Positions 12,101 to 22,700 of a stretch of DNA of 64,000 bases are shown piece by piece. Position numbers and translations under genes: made by a program. The notes beneath the pieces were generated by a model, which searched no databases, had not been told where the DNA came from, and saw only the letters and a program-made list of their open reading frames with translations. The stretch lies in the IMG/VR virus record IMGVR_UViG_3300025387_000009. One strand, written 5' to 3'. Source of the DNA: a virus. Lineage: Duplodnaviria > Caudoviricetes. The stretch's first letter is position 1. Every line of letters begins with the position of its first letter.

Positions 12101-12717
12101 GTATATTATCAGGAGTTAGTGGAAATTGGCAATCAGCATATGTTACATTGTGTTCTTTAAGCGCAAACTGGTCTTCTATTTCTTTCTTACAATCTGCTAG
12201 TGCTAACAATGCATCAGTTTATAGTAATGTAAATTCTAATTCAGCTAACTGGAATAGCATATCTTTCTTGCAGTCAGCTAGTGCTAATAATGCTAGTGTA
12301 TTCAGTAATGTAAACTCTAATTCAGCTAACTGGAACAGTATATCCTTTTTACAATCAGCTAGTGCTAATAATGCTAGTGTATTCAGTAATGTAAACTCTA
12401 ATTCAGCTAACTGGAATTCTATTTCATTCTTGCAGTCTGCTAGTGCAAATAATGCATCAGTTTACAGCAAGGTTAATTCTGTTAGCGCAACATGGGGAAC
12501 AACAAACAAAGCAGTTTCAACAATAGGCGATGGTATTAATACAACATATGCATTTAAACATAATCTTAATACCCAAGATGTTATAACACAAGTTTATAAT
12601 ACTAGCACATTCACAGTTGGTATACCAACAATTGTTAACACAAGCACTTCAACCGTAACATTAACATTCAATTCACCGCCATCTCTTAATTCTTATAGAG
12701 TTGTGGTTATTGGATAA
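9160..12717 (+). CDS. Fibre-like protein with Asn/Ser-rich 14-aa and 27-aa tandem repeats
   Basis: Repeat SANNASVYSSVNSNSANWNSISFLQSA. A central VGIKTSTPNKTLTV fibre motif, and a C-terminal HNLNT.DV..QVY motif typical of phage tail proteins. Confidence 0.75.
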   Translation: MADNVTSDRVKLIVDLNQANSPLAGNEIFALVQGGITKKAAISDIGYYTETLDYASWVQSNSSSFLTIESLSANWNSVFNSVFATSGNWNSVFNSVTATSGNWNSVFATVCALSGNWNSVYSAFNNQSAYNTSVYNTTNTLSSNWSSVYSTFNNQSGYDVSVYNTTKSLSGNWSSVYSTFNNQSANNSSVFNYVNSNSANWNNINFFETQSANNLSVFSSVNSNSANWNNINFFESQSANNASVFSSVNSNSANWNNINFFETQSANNLSVFSSVNSNSANWNNINFFESQSANNASVFSSVNSNSANWNSISFLQTASANNASVYSSVNSNSANWNSISFLQSASANNASVYSNVNSNSSNWNNINFFESQSANNLSVFSYVNSNSANWNNINLFESQSANNASVFSSVNSNSANWNSISFLQSLSANDQSVYSSVSSNSANWNSISFLQALSANDKSVYSYVNSNSANWNSISFLQSASANNASVYSSVNSNSANWNSISFLQSASANNASVFSSVNSNSANWSSISFLQGLSANNQSVYSNVNSNSANWNNINFFEPQSANNLSVYSQVSLLSSGWSGGGSVATTVQTQSANNASVYSSVNSNSANWNTISVFQNQSANNASVFSTVKAQSSTITWVNNNSAYLVVNNFPAGQTQYLYGNITVYGSISAQGGISNQTNNVGTTSAFNVVNNNANVYAVNVQQASGSSLGIATFFDGYPALYVGKTTNADGSVYNGGVVGIKTSTPNKTLTVLGDISASNQIWATAFNGNLNGNAATVTNGVYTNGSYSYPSWITNIADSIITGNNRNSWDSAYSQVNNLSSNWNTGSGFQSQSANNASVYTNVNSNSANWSSISFLQGLSANDQSVYSSVNSNSANWNSISFLQGLSANDKSVYSNVNSNSAIWNSISFLQALSANDQSVYSSVNSNSANWSSISFLQSASANNASVFSNVNSNSANWSSVYTQVNSLSSGWNSAASSILSGVSGNWQSAYVTLCSLSANWSSISFLQSASANNASVYSNVNSNSANWNSISFLQSASANNASVFSNVNSNSANWNSISFLQSASANNASVFSNVNSNSANWNSISFLQSASANNASVYSKVNSVSATWGTTNKAVSTIGDGINTTYAFKHNLNTQDVITQVYNTSTFTVGIPTIVNTSTSTVTLTFNSPPSLNSYRVVVIG
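9781..10860 (+). repeat. Coding tandem repeat, 81-bp (27-aa) unit, ~14 consecutive copies; a second block lies at about 11660-12490
   Basis: Units begin gaaactcaatcagc at 9781 and gagtcccaatcagc at 9862 (81-bp period). Synonymous sites differ between copies. Confidence 0.9.
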
Positions 12718-12729
12718 ATATTATAGAAT

Positions 12730-15700
12730 ATGTCTGTAAACTACCTTGATAATTTATTAGTAAACGGAGCACTTAGTGCATCTGGCTCGTTAAGTGCTTC
12801 TAATTTTTTTGGAAACGGTTCTAATTTAACAAACCTTACTATTTCAATTCCATCTAGTGCAAATTGGAATACTTCATATAGTTGGCTTACATCAAATTCT
12901 GCTAATGCAACATTCACAAATTCGGTTAGCGCACCATCTATTAGTGCAAATAATTTATTTGTTAATAGTATAAATTCACAAGGGGCAGTAAATATGCCTT
13001 CTACCACTATTATACAAAATACTTCATCAACTGGTAATGCACTTCCGTTCGTTATCGCCGCATCAAGCAATTTATCTGTATATAACCAAATACAAAACTT
13101 ATATGGTGGATTGAGCGCAAGTACGGATTTTGTTCTTACTAATAATACAAGTCCCAATTCTTATAATAACGCAGCGAATTTAGGATCATATCTCGATATT
13201 GGTATTAATAGCAGCGCATATAATGGTAATGCATATAGTCCAGCATTCAATGTTGTCGGTCCTAATGATTCCTACATGTATTCAATTGGAGGAAACCTAG
13301 CAATCGGTACATCTACTAACAACAATCTGGTTTTCTTTACAGGTGGTACATTAAGTGCAAATGCAGCAATGGTTATTACCTCCACTGGTGCAGTTAGTGC
13401 TTCTAATTTTATCGGTAATGGAGCAAACTTAACTGGTATAGTTGCATCTAACGGAGTGTGTTTACAATCAAATAATTGTTTTATAGGAGGTGGATTTAAC
13501 AATTCATTATGCGGGACTGATTCGGTCGTTGTCGGCGGTGCTAATAATAAAGCATGCGCATGGCTTGCATCGGTTTTAGGTGGCAGTAACAATACGGCAT
13601 CTGGATATGCTTCAGTGGCAGTTGGCGGTCAGAATAATTGTTCATCAAATGGATTTACTTTTGTCGGTGGTGGATTTTCTAATAGTGCCACTGGTAACCG
13701 TTCAGCAATTTTAGCAGGTCAATGCAATACAGCATCTGGAAATTATTCTAACATAGGAGGCGGTTGCTGCAATACCGTTATTTTTAATAATTCTAACATA
13801 AACGGCGGCGTAGGTAATACAATGTCATGTTATGTTAATGGTGGTGGTGGCGTTGCATTAGCATCAACTAATACAATTAATGGTGGTTGCACAAACTTTA
13901 TCGGTTTAAGCACCTGTGGAAACGGTGCATCATATTTATATAATAATGTAATTGATGGTGGATCGTCCAACTGTATTACTGCTATTTCTAATGGTTCGCA
14001 ACATATTGCAACAACCTGCAATTCCTTTATTGGTGGTGGTACAGGTAATTGTTTGGCAGGGATTAATTCAAGTGTTCTTGGTGGTTCAACTAACACCTTA
14101 AGTGCAAATTGTGCATTTATTGCAGGGGGAACAAACAATGTTTCATGTGGATTTGATAATACCTTTATATTGGGATCTAATTTAACTGCATCACGTTCAA
14201 ATACAACATATGTTAATAATTTAAGTTCACAAGGTTATATTTACGGTAATGGTTCTAATTTAACTGGTATTTATGGTGTATGTCAAAGTGGAACCAATTT
14301 TATTGGTGGTGGAAGTGGTAATACAGCAACTGGAACTAATGTAACAGTAGCTGGTGGTTGCGGTAATAGTGCCAGCGGAAATTATACAACTGTAATAGGC
14401 GGCAAAGGTAATGTTGCTTGTGGTGGTAATTATGCTATAGCAGGTGGTTGCGGTTCTTGTGCATGCGGTAGTATCAGTATCGCTCTTGGGCTTATAAATA
14501 CCGCAACTGCACAGGGATCTGTTACAATCGGCGGTCAACAAAACTGTAATTGTGGTTGTTATTCTGCCATTTTAGGTGGTATTGGTAATAACACCAATAA
14601 TCAATCATGTGTATTTATTTTTGGACAATCAATTGTTGCTCCACAACCAAACTTTACATACGTAAACAATTTAAGTACAAATGGATCTATTTGCGGTACA
14701 TATTATGGCAACGGTTCAGGATTAAACAACGTTACTTCAATAAATGGCGTATGCCAAAGCGGAACTAACTTTATAGGCGGCGGTTCAGGTAATACAGCAT
14801 CTGGTGCATATTCTATTACCATAGGTGGCAAAACTAATGCAAATCAAGGCGTTCAATCTTTAATCGCTAGTGGTTCGGCTAATAATATTTGTACCTCAAA
14901 CGGTCCAGTCTATCTTTCTGATATTATCGGTGGTCAGTGCAATACCATAAGTGGATATTCTTTAGTTTATCAATCCACTATTTTAAATGGATGTTGCAAT
15001 ATTATATATCCTTGGATTACAGGTGGCGGTGGTGGTAAGATTTATAATTCTACTATTTTAAATGGTTCTCGCAATTCATTTGCAACTTGTAATTACCCGT
15101 CAGTTTTATGTAGTTCGTTTATCGGTGTAGGTGATTGCAACTGTATTATAGGTTATGGTTCTAGTTGCTATAATTTTATCGGTTCAGGTATTCGTAATTC
15201 GATAGGAACAAATTCTGGATATTGCACAACCCAAAGTTCATTCATTATAAGTGGATCTGGAAATTGTATCTATAATTCAGGATTTAATGGTATATTAGGT
15301 GGTTGCGGAAACATTTTAAATGCATGCAATAGCTTCATTATCGGTTCTAATATAAATGGAAGCCAACAAGGTTATACCTATGTAAATAATTTAAGTTCAC
15401 AGGGTGCTGTAGCAGGTGCGTCAGTAAGTGCTGTTAATTTCTTTGGTACTGGTAATCAGGTAATCTTATCTGATGGTTATACACTTAATAATGTAAACGG
15501 AAACGGCGCAAGCACATTATCAATGAATTTTGCTAATGGTGTTTATGTTGGATTAAGTGGTTCAAATCCTATATATGCATTGGGTGTTCCTCAATATGTA
15601 ACATTACAATCAACTGCCTCTTCAATTAACTCAGGTATGCCATATTTCTATAATGGCTTCCCACAGGCTGATTATTTAACATCTGCTGCGCAGTATGAAA

Positions 15701-16047
15701 TCGAATATGTTTTATACTATCAGAAAAATACAGCAGGAACTGTTACTTATCAATTATCTTCTGCTAACACGATTGCGTTTATTTCTTCTAATTATATACA
15801 AACAGCAGTAGGAGGCATAACACCAAATGGTGCGACATCTAATGCTGCTGCTCTTTCTGCTTTCAGTAACGGCGTAAGCTTACCAGCAACCGGATCACTT
15901 ACAGCTGGCGCAAGCGCAAATGCAATAATTAAAGCTTATTTCCAGACATCAGTATCTGCTACCAATCTAGTTCTTAATATAATTGATAGTGCTGGAAATA
16001 TTACTCCGTTACAGGGAAGCTATAGAAAAGTTACTAGAATTTCATAA
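12730..16047 (+). CDS. Tail fibre/adhesin-like protein with Cys-rich YadA-head-like repeats
   Basis: GG-x-x-N repeats with frequent Cys, and three TYVNNLS(S/T) neck-like motifs shared with the 4952 gene. Confidence 0.75.
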   Translation: MSVNYLDNLLVNGALSASGSLSASNFFGNGSNLTNLTISIPSSANWNTSYSWLTSNSANATFTNSVSAPSISANNLFVNSINSQGAVNMPSTTIIQNTSSTGNALPFVIAASSNLSVYNQIQNLYGGLSASTDFVLTNNTSPNSYNNAANLGSYLDIGINSSAYNGNAYSPAFNVVGPNDSYMYSIGGNLAIGTSTNNNLVFFTGGTLSANAAMVITSTGAVSASNFIGNGANLTGIVASNGVCLQSNNCFIGGGFNNSLCGTDSVVVGGANNKACAWLASVLGGSNNTASGYASVAVGGQNNCSSNGFTFVGGGFSNSATGNRSAILAGQCNTASGNYSNIGGGCCNTVIFNNSNINGGVGNTMSCYVNGGGGVALASTNTINGGCTNFIGLSTCGNGASYLYNNVIDGGSSNCITAISNGSQHIATTCNSFIGGGTGNCLAGINSSVLGGSTNTLSANCAFIAGGTNNVSCGFDNTFILGSNLTASRSNTTYVNNLSSQGYIYGNGSNLTGIYGVCQSGTNFIGGGSGNTATGTNVTVAGGCGNSASGNYTTVIGGKGNVACGGNYAIAGGCGSCACGSISIALGLINTATAQGSVTIGGQQNCNCGCYSAILGGIGNNTNNQSCVFIFGQSIVAPQPNFTYVNNLSTNGSICGTYYGNGSGLNNVTSINGVCQSGTNFIGGGSGNTASGAYSITIGGKTNANQGVQSLIASGSANNICTSNGPVYLSDIIGGQCNTISGYSLVYQSTILNGCCNIIYPWITGGGGGKIYNSTILNGSRNSFATCNYPSVLCSSFIGVGDCNCIIGYGSSCYNFIGSGIRNSIGTNSGYCTTQSSFIISGSGNCIYNSGFNGILGGCGNILNACNSFIIGSNINGSQQGYTYVNNLSSQGAVAGASVSAVNFFGTGNQVILSDGYTLNNVNGNGASTLSMNFANGVYVGLSGSNPIYALGVPQYVTLQSTASSINSGMPYFYNGFPQADYLTSAAQYEIEYVLYYQKNTAGTVTYQLSSANTIAFISSNYIQTAVGGITPNGATSNAAALSAFSNGVSLPATGSLTAGASANAIIKAYFQTSVSATNLVLNIIDSAGNITPLQGSYRKVTRIS

Positions 16048-16055
16048 GTAGCTTT

Positions 16056-18887
16056 ATGTCAATTAATACTAATAATGCTTGGCAAGTAATACAAGGCTAT
16101 GGAGCAAAAAACGTAGCAGTTACCGCTAGAGGAAGAACTTTTCTTTATACAAATAATTCAGTTGCATCATATTATTATGATAATATTAATAATATAACAA
16201 GTTTTAATATCCCTGTTTTAGCTTCTGGATATAGTGGATTTAGTTCAGTAGTGTATGCAAATGGAAAATTTGTTGGTCTTTTATATGGAAACTTAAATAG
16301 TACAGCTGGGTATTCTTATGATGGTATAAACTGGACTGCATCAACGTTACCAAGTGGATCAACTTGGACTTCCATAACATACGGAAATGGTAAATTCGTA
16401 GCAGTAGCAGGAAATAACACAACAGCGTATTCAACTGATGGTATAAATTGGAAAGCGGGTGGTAATCTTCCAACTGTAAATTATTGGGGTGTAACATATG
16501 GTAATGGCGTATTTTTAGCTTATGATAATAGTTCTTACAATTCCACAAATACAACAGCATATTCAGTTGACGGTATAACATGGATATCTAGTACCACACC
16601 TTCACCTCAAAGTTTTGGTTTAGCTTCTGGTAATAGTTGGACAAATATAGTTTTTGGAAATGGTAAATTTGCAGCCACAAACGGGGGCGTATTAATTTAT
16701 TCTACTGATGGTATAAGTTGGAAGAATTATAATACGGTTAATGGTCTTGGTGCTATGTCATATAGTAATGGGATCTTTTTCATTTATAACAGCGGAGGAG
16801 GTGTAATTTTTTATTATTCATATGATCTTATAAATTGGAAAGAAAATGACTTACCTTCTCCTCAATTAGGAGCATGGCAAAATGTAACAGCTACAAACGG
16901 AATTATTGCGGTGAATTGCACCTCACAAATTGCATATTTTGTGGATACGACATCTTCGGGAATAATTACAAATAATTTTGTTAGTTCTAATGGGTGGCAA
17001 AGTTCAATATTATCTAATACTGCATACTGGCAATCTTTAACTTATGGTAATGGTAAATTTGTTACTGTTGCATCTTCATTATCAAGTGGAGGAGGAGGTA
17101 ATAATAATTTATTATCATATTCAACAGATGGTATAAATTGGTCAAATTCTAGTTTGCCATCTAATCAAACTTGGGATTATGTTTGTTATGGTAATGGTGT
17201 ATTTGTTGCTGTTGCTCAACCAACGGCTCTCGCATATTCTTACGATGGAATTAATTGGAAATCGTCAACTGCCGCAACAACGAGATGTTATATTACATAT
17301 GGAAATGGTAAATTTGTTGGAGTCGGTTATGGTGGCACAGCACAAGGAATGTATTCATCAGATGGTATAAATTGGATAGCAACGACACCAGTTTATGGTC
17401 AGAATTCGGCTATAGCTTACGGTAATGGAAATTTTGTTTCAGTATGTGGCGGCGGTGGCGGTACTTCCAATGCACAATATTCAAAGGATGGCATAAACTG
17501 GTCAGCGTCTACTTTACCCTTTTCCGGTGCATGGTGTTCTGTTGTATATGGTAATAATATATTTGTAGCAGTTGCTGGTTCCGTATATACATCTAATCCT
17601 ACTACTGGTACAACTAATAATGGAGCCTATTCAAAAAACGGTGGTGCTACATGGACTTCATTTAATTTACCGTCAAGCCAATATTGGTCTTCGGTAACAT
17701 ATGGAAACGGTAAATTTGTTGCAGTTGCTACGGCAAATTCTGGTACTACAGTTGCAGCATATTCATATGATGGTATAAATTGGTATCCTTATACGTTGTC
17801 ATCAGCTTCACCTTGGATTTCTATTGCTTATGGAAATAATAAATTTGTGGCAATAGGCGGTGGCGGAATAACAGGTAGTTCAATAGGAAATTATTCAAAT
17901 GCAGTATCTTATCTTTTAGATACAAACTCATCAGAAATAGTTACGAGTAACTTTGTCCCAGCTGCTTCTGGTATTTGGCAAAATGGCAATGGAACGCCTT
18001 CCAATCCTAATGGAATATATTCAGTTGTGTATGGAAATGGTAAATTTGTTGGTGTTTCATTTGGAAATCTTTACGGTGCATATTCTTATGATGGAATAAA
18101 TTGGACACAAAACACATTACCGTCTACTGTTGCATGGGACTCTATCACATACGGAAACGGTAAATTTGTTGCTATTTCTGGTAGTAGTAGTACAGCAGCT
18201 GCGTATTCTAATGATGGTATTAATTGGACACCTTCAACATTACCATCTAGCCAGTATTGGATAAGCGTAACTTATGGCAATGGTAAATTTGTTGTTATTT
18301 CTGGCAATAATGCTTTTAACTCAAATGTAGCAGCATATTCAACCGATGGTATTAATTGGAAAGCTTCAACATTACCATCTCCACAGTATTGGACAAGTGT
18401 AGCTTATGGAAAAGGAAGGTTTGTTGCCATATCTAACAGTTCTATTGGATCAACCGTAGCAGCATATTCAACCGATGGTATTAATTGGACTCAAACAACA
18501 CTACCATCTCCCCAAACTTGGACAAGTGTAACTTATGGAAATGGTAAATTTGTTGCTATTAATAATAATTCGGTTGCTAATCCAAATACATCAGCATATT
18601 CATATGATGGTATAAATTGGATATCAGCTAATTTTCCATCTGGGTATCAATGGATTTCTGTAGCTTATGGAAATGGGAAATTCGTTGCTGTTTCTTCTGG
18701 ATCTTCAAACTCAAATGCAGCTGCATATTCATATGATGGTATTAATTGGGTTTCAAATACATTACCTTCTTCGCAATTTTGGAATACTGTAGCTTATGGA
18801 AACGGAAAGTTCGTTACTTGCTCATATACTACAACTAATGTAGCATATCTTTCTGATACAAATAGCTCCGAATTAATAACTAGCTAA
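16056..18887 (+). CDS. Virion protein built of three beta-propeller modules (BNR/Asp-box-like repeats)
   Basis: Repeats AYSxDGINWTxxTLPSxQxWxSVxYGNGKFVA. Three blocks each end in a DT(T/N)SS(G/E)-hydrophobic linker. Confidence 0.75.
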   Translation: MSINTNNAWQVIQGYGAKNVAVTARGRTFLYTNNSVASYYYDNINNITSFNIPVLASGYSGFSSVVYANGKFVGLLYGNLNSTAGYSYDGINWTASTLPSGSTWTSITYGNGKFVAVAGNNTTAYSTDGINWKAGGNLPTVNYWGVTYGNGVFLAYDNSSYNSTNTTAYSVDGITWISSTTPSPQSFGLASGNSWTNIVFGNGKFAATNGGVLIYSTDGISWKNYNTVNGLGAMSYSNGIFFIYNSGGGVIFYYSYDLINWKENDLPSPQLGAWQNVTATNGIIAVNCTSQIAYFVDTTSSGIITNNFVSSNGWQSSILSNTAYWQSLTYGNGKFVTVASSLSSGGGGNNNLLSYSTDGINWSNSSLPSNQTWDYVCYGNGVFVAVAQPTALAYSYDGINWKSSTAATTRCYITYGNGKFVGVGYGGTAQGMYSSDGINWIATTPVYGQNSAIAYGNGNFVSVCGGGGGTSNAQYSKDGINWSASTLPFSGAWCSVVYGNNIFVAVAGSVYTSNPTTGTTNNGAYSKNGGATWTSFNLPSSQYWSSVTYGNGKFVAVATANSGTTVAAYSYDGINWYPYTLSSASPWISIAYGNNKFVAIGGGGITGSSIGNYSNAVSYLLDTNSSEIVTSNFVPAASGIWQNGNGTPSNPNGIYSVVYGNGKFVGVSFGNLYGAYSYDGINWTQNTLPSTVAWDSITYGNGKFVAISGSSSTAAAYSNDGINWTPSTLPSSQYWISVTYGNGKFVVISGNNAFNSNVAAYSTDGINWKASTLPSPQYWTSVAYGKGRFVAISNSSIGSTVAAYSTDGINWTQTTLPSPQTWTSVTYGNGKFVAINNNSVANPNTSAYSYDGINWISANFPSGYQWISVAYGNGKFVAVSSGSSNSNAAAYSYDGINWVSNTLPSSQFWNTVAYGNGKFVTCSYTTTNVAYLSDTNSSELITS

Positions 18888-18902
18888 TAAGTATTATAAT
18901 AC

Positions 18903-19721
18903 ATGAACTCGCAGGAAGTATTATTATCTTTAAATGGTAATTTAACCAGTAATTATGCCGTTCCATATTTGGAAGCAGATGAAACTTATGCTGCGATTGA
19001 GTATGGCAATTATAGTACGGTAGGCACAACGAGTGCAGATTGGATAGCTATTGCCAGTACATTTGTAAGTGCTTTTACGATTAATTCTTACGGTCCTGTC
19101 ACCTTAACTTTCAATCCTTCTGCTATACAATTGCAAAACAAAATAAGCCGAATTGTATATAGTTTCAGCGATGGTTCACCAAATATAACTAATAGTTTTT
19201 ATTATGCACCAACTTCAACAGATACGGCAAATTATCCATATCCAAATGAACCAGGTGATCCGAGAAACTTTACTGTTACAAAAACTTTTTATAGTTCTCA
19301 ATACTTTATACAAAATTTTAGCGTAATTGCTCAAATATACCAATTTGGTATCATTGACCCTTCAGAGATTTATTATTCGATAAATATCATTTCTCCTAAA
19401 ATAAACGGTAAAAATCCAGATGGATCTGTGACATTTGAAGATGTTAATTTAATATCCACTAGAATGATTGGTGTTAATAATGATATTCTTTATGTATTTG
19501 AAACAAAAAATCCAAAATATATATTACCAGTTTTAATTAATTGGTCACAAAATAGCACTGGTCAAATACTTAATACTAATGTTATACCAATACCAGAGTT
19601 GGCTTATAAATTATTACAACCATATGAAGTGAACGAATTGGGAAATAATTTAAATATAAATTTGATACCTAATGTAAATTCTCAAAATGCTATAGCAGAT
19701 GGCGGCGGAGGTGGAAACTAA
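18903..19721 (+). CDS. Hypothetical virion structural protein
   Basis: 272-aa ORF in the late operon, preceded by TAAGTA at 18888-18893. Confidence 0.6.
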   Translation: MNSQEVLLSLNGNLTSNYAVPYLEADETYAAIEYGNYSTVGTTSADWIAIASTFVSAFTINSYGPVTLTFNPSAIQLQNKISRIVYSFSDGSPNITNSFYYAPTSTDTANYPYPNEPGDPRNFTVTKTFYSSQYFIQNFSVIAQIYQFGIIDPSEIYYSINIISPKINGKNPDGSVTFEDVNLISTRMIGVNNDILYVFETKNPKYILPVLINWSQNSTGQILNTNVIPIPELAYKLLQPYEVNELGNNLNINLIPNVNSQNAIADGGGGGN

Positions 19722-22700
19722 TGAGTATATACAATAACAAATTTAAAGACGGTCAACTATGGTTAAGAACCTTAAATGGGACTATAGAACCAACCTATAA
19801 TATTCTTTCAGCTGTATTTGTAAAATACAAAGGAGTGAATGAAACCTTTTTCAATGAAATATCAACAAATGATATTTTAAGATTTGATGTTTTTTATGAT
19901 AACATTTTTTTAGAAACAAAAACGGGATATGTTTTTGAGAAAATAGAATTTGATCAGCAGACCAATACGATTATACCTTTCCAATATAATAGTAATTTTA
20001 ATTTAAATACATATATACCAATTGATTATTGGTTTGATGAAACGAACTTAAAAGTTTATATCGCTCAAATTGCAGCAACTGCTCAAACTATTAATGCATT
20101 TAATTTTTATGTTGTTGTAAATCAATATGATTGCATAAAGGGAGAAATAAATCAATTATTTAAAAGTAATTTTAATATAGTTTTAAATGGTGCTAATAAT
20201 TGGACTACGCCATTACTTAATGATAGTTATTTTGCTAATATAAATAACCCAAAAATATGCTATAATACAGATACAAAACGTTATAATATATCTTTTGTTT
20301 TTAGAAATTTTGATAATGAATTTGCTTTAATCAGTATGGATTTTAGCAATAATGAGCAATTTACATTGGAATCATTAAACGGGTTAATTCCATTTACTAA
20401 TGGCATAGGCGAATATACAATTACAAATTTAATAAACAATACTATAACAAATTCGATATCTGCTAATTTATATACAAATTTATCAAGTGCTAATTGTAAT
20501 TCAGTCAGCTTTGAAGTTATTGGTAATCAAACTGTTACTGATAGCGTTCCTGTTGTATTTAGTAACGGAATAGTTGCTAATATAGATGAATCACTTAATA
20601 ATTGTTTACAATTTACAATAAACAATAAAACCGCATTGTTTTTAACAGATTTAACAAATACAAATAACTTTTTAACAAATAGTATTGCTCCTCAAAATTC
20701 AGGCGTTTTAACTGAAATTGATAGTCCAGTATTAGATCAATATGTATTAAAAACGCCTATAGCAGATAACAAATATAATATTTTGTCACTAACAGGAGTT
20801 GACGAATTTGTAAATACACTTTCTTCGGCTTATTTAAAAATGTTTGTTACAAGCGTGACAGCAATTAATGCAGATAACGTTTTTAGATTTGTAATTCAAC
20901 CTGATAATTCAATGATTGTTCAATATACTAATACAAAGTATCTCATGACTAGTTTATTTACAGGAGATAATGGTTTGATCTTTACTCCTCAAATTGTACC
21001 AACCTTAAGTAGCGCAACAACATATGTTGATGCTCAGAGATTCGACTATGCGTTAGGACCGAACACGATATCTCTTTTCCAAATTGATGACGCTAATCTT
21101 TTACCCAGATTCCAAAATGCTGTTACTAAAAATAGTAGTGGCTTTTATGTTTTAAGCTCCTTATCATATTTAACATCTGCTACGTTATTTCCTCATGAGG
21201 CATCATTAAACTTTACTTCTTATCAAGAAGTTCCGCCTCTTAATAGTGATATTAAGAATAGCTTTTTAGTATCTTATGAAGTTTCTCCGACTTATAATCA
21301 AAGTACTTTAACAGTAAATCCATCAACGGCTAATTCACTTTATACTCAAAATTATCTTGGTATATTTCCATATCAATATCCAATTAAAACATCAAAGGGT
21401 GTAGTTTATCCGTTAGCTATTCACGGTTTAAAAAATTATCAAACACCAGAATATAATTATAGTTTTGGGTTTGATTACGTTCAAGGTCAAAATGGAGTAA
21501 GAAGAAAATATGAAAATGTTTATACTGGAACTAATCAAGATAAAGGATTAGATAATGTGTATTTGGGTTATACTGCAAATACATTGGAAATGAATTTTCC
21601 AAGTGATCAGGACACCCAATTTGTTTTCAGTCCAACATCGGAAAGAGTTCCGTTAAGTTCAGCTGGATTAATAGAAGATGGCGCAATCGCAGGAGAAATT
21701 CCGTTTACATCAGATAGAATATTTGTAAAGATTCAAGACTACTCTCAAATAATTCCCGATTCTCCTCAACCACCATCCATTACAAAATACAATAACACTT
21801 GGTTATGCTCATGGTTATCTGGAACTATGACAGGTGATAAAATGTGGATGGATAGATATTATAACGCTGCTTATTACACGACCGATCAAGCACTTTCAGC
21901 AAAGGTAATAGAATATAATGATAGGTTAAATTTAACAGAAAATTATACATTTGATTTACCTTCTGAGATGTATTTAGAACCAGGTGCATTTTATAGATAT
22001 TTCCATACGGGTATTAACAACAGAAAAAACTTTGTTCAACATCTTTCTGCTAATTCTATTTTAACAATTAGTCAATGGTTATCATCTCCGCTTGTTGATG
22101 AATCTCCACTACAGGGTGAAGGTATATTGTATTTTAATAACCCAACCAATTTAGTTGGTGATTATATTAACTTAGATGGATCAAACCATGCACTATTTCC
22201 AGCAACGACACAATTACTATCTCAGGATCAGTTAACTGTTTCATTATGGATAAATCCGCCTGATTGGACAAATATTGCAGGTAATCAAATATTCGGAAAC
22301 TATTACGAAAGCGGATTTGGGTTAATTAACCAATCGTCTTTAACTACGCCGATTATTACATTAGTCGATAGTAACGATCCAATAGCAGGATCTAAAGTTT
22401 ATAACTTAAATTATTTATTTACAAAACTGCCAAGCGTTAGTGCAACCGATTCCTATTTGGTAAAGGGTTCGAATAAAATAGTACAAAGACTTTTAGATTA
22501 TAGTTATTGGGTATTTGATACAGTTGGCATAGGTGGTACAAAATTTGATATTAATAATAAAATTATTATTAGAACAACTAATGATCCAGTTTTAACTCAA
22601 AATTTAAATGGAAAATTAAATAGCATAACTCAAATTGAATTAGACGGAAATAATAATTTTTACATTTACGATAATACTACACAAAATTATGTAGTAATGT

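Noticed and set aside
9700-12500. CRISPR array (regular ~81-bp periodicity)
   Set aside because: The repeats are in-frame coding units with synonymous variation and no unique spacers, and no cas genes are present.
4952-18887. Diversity-generating retroelement acting on the fibre tips
   Set aside because: No reverse transcriptase and no template/variable repeat pair differing only at adenines were seen in this window.
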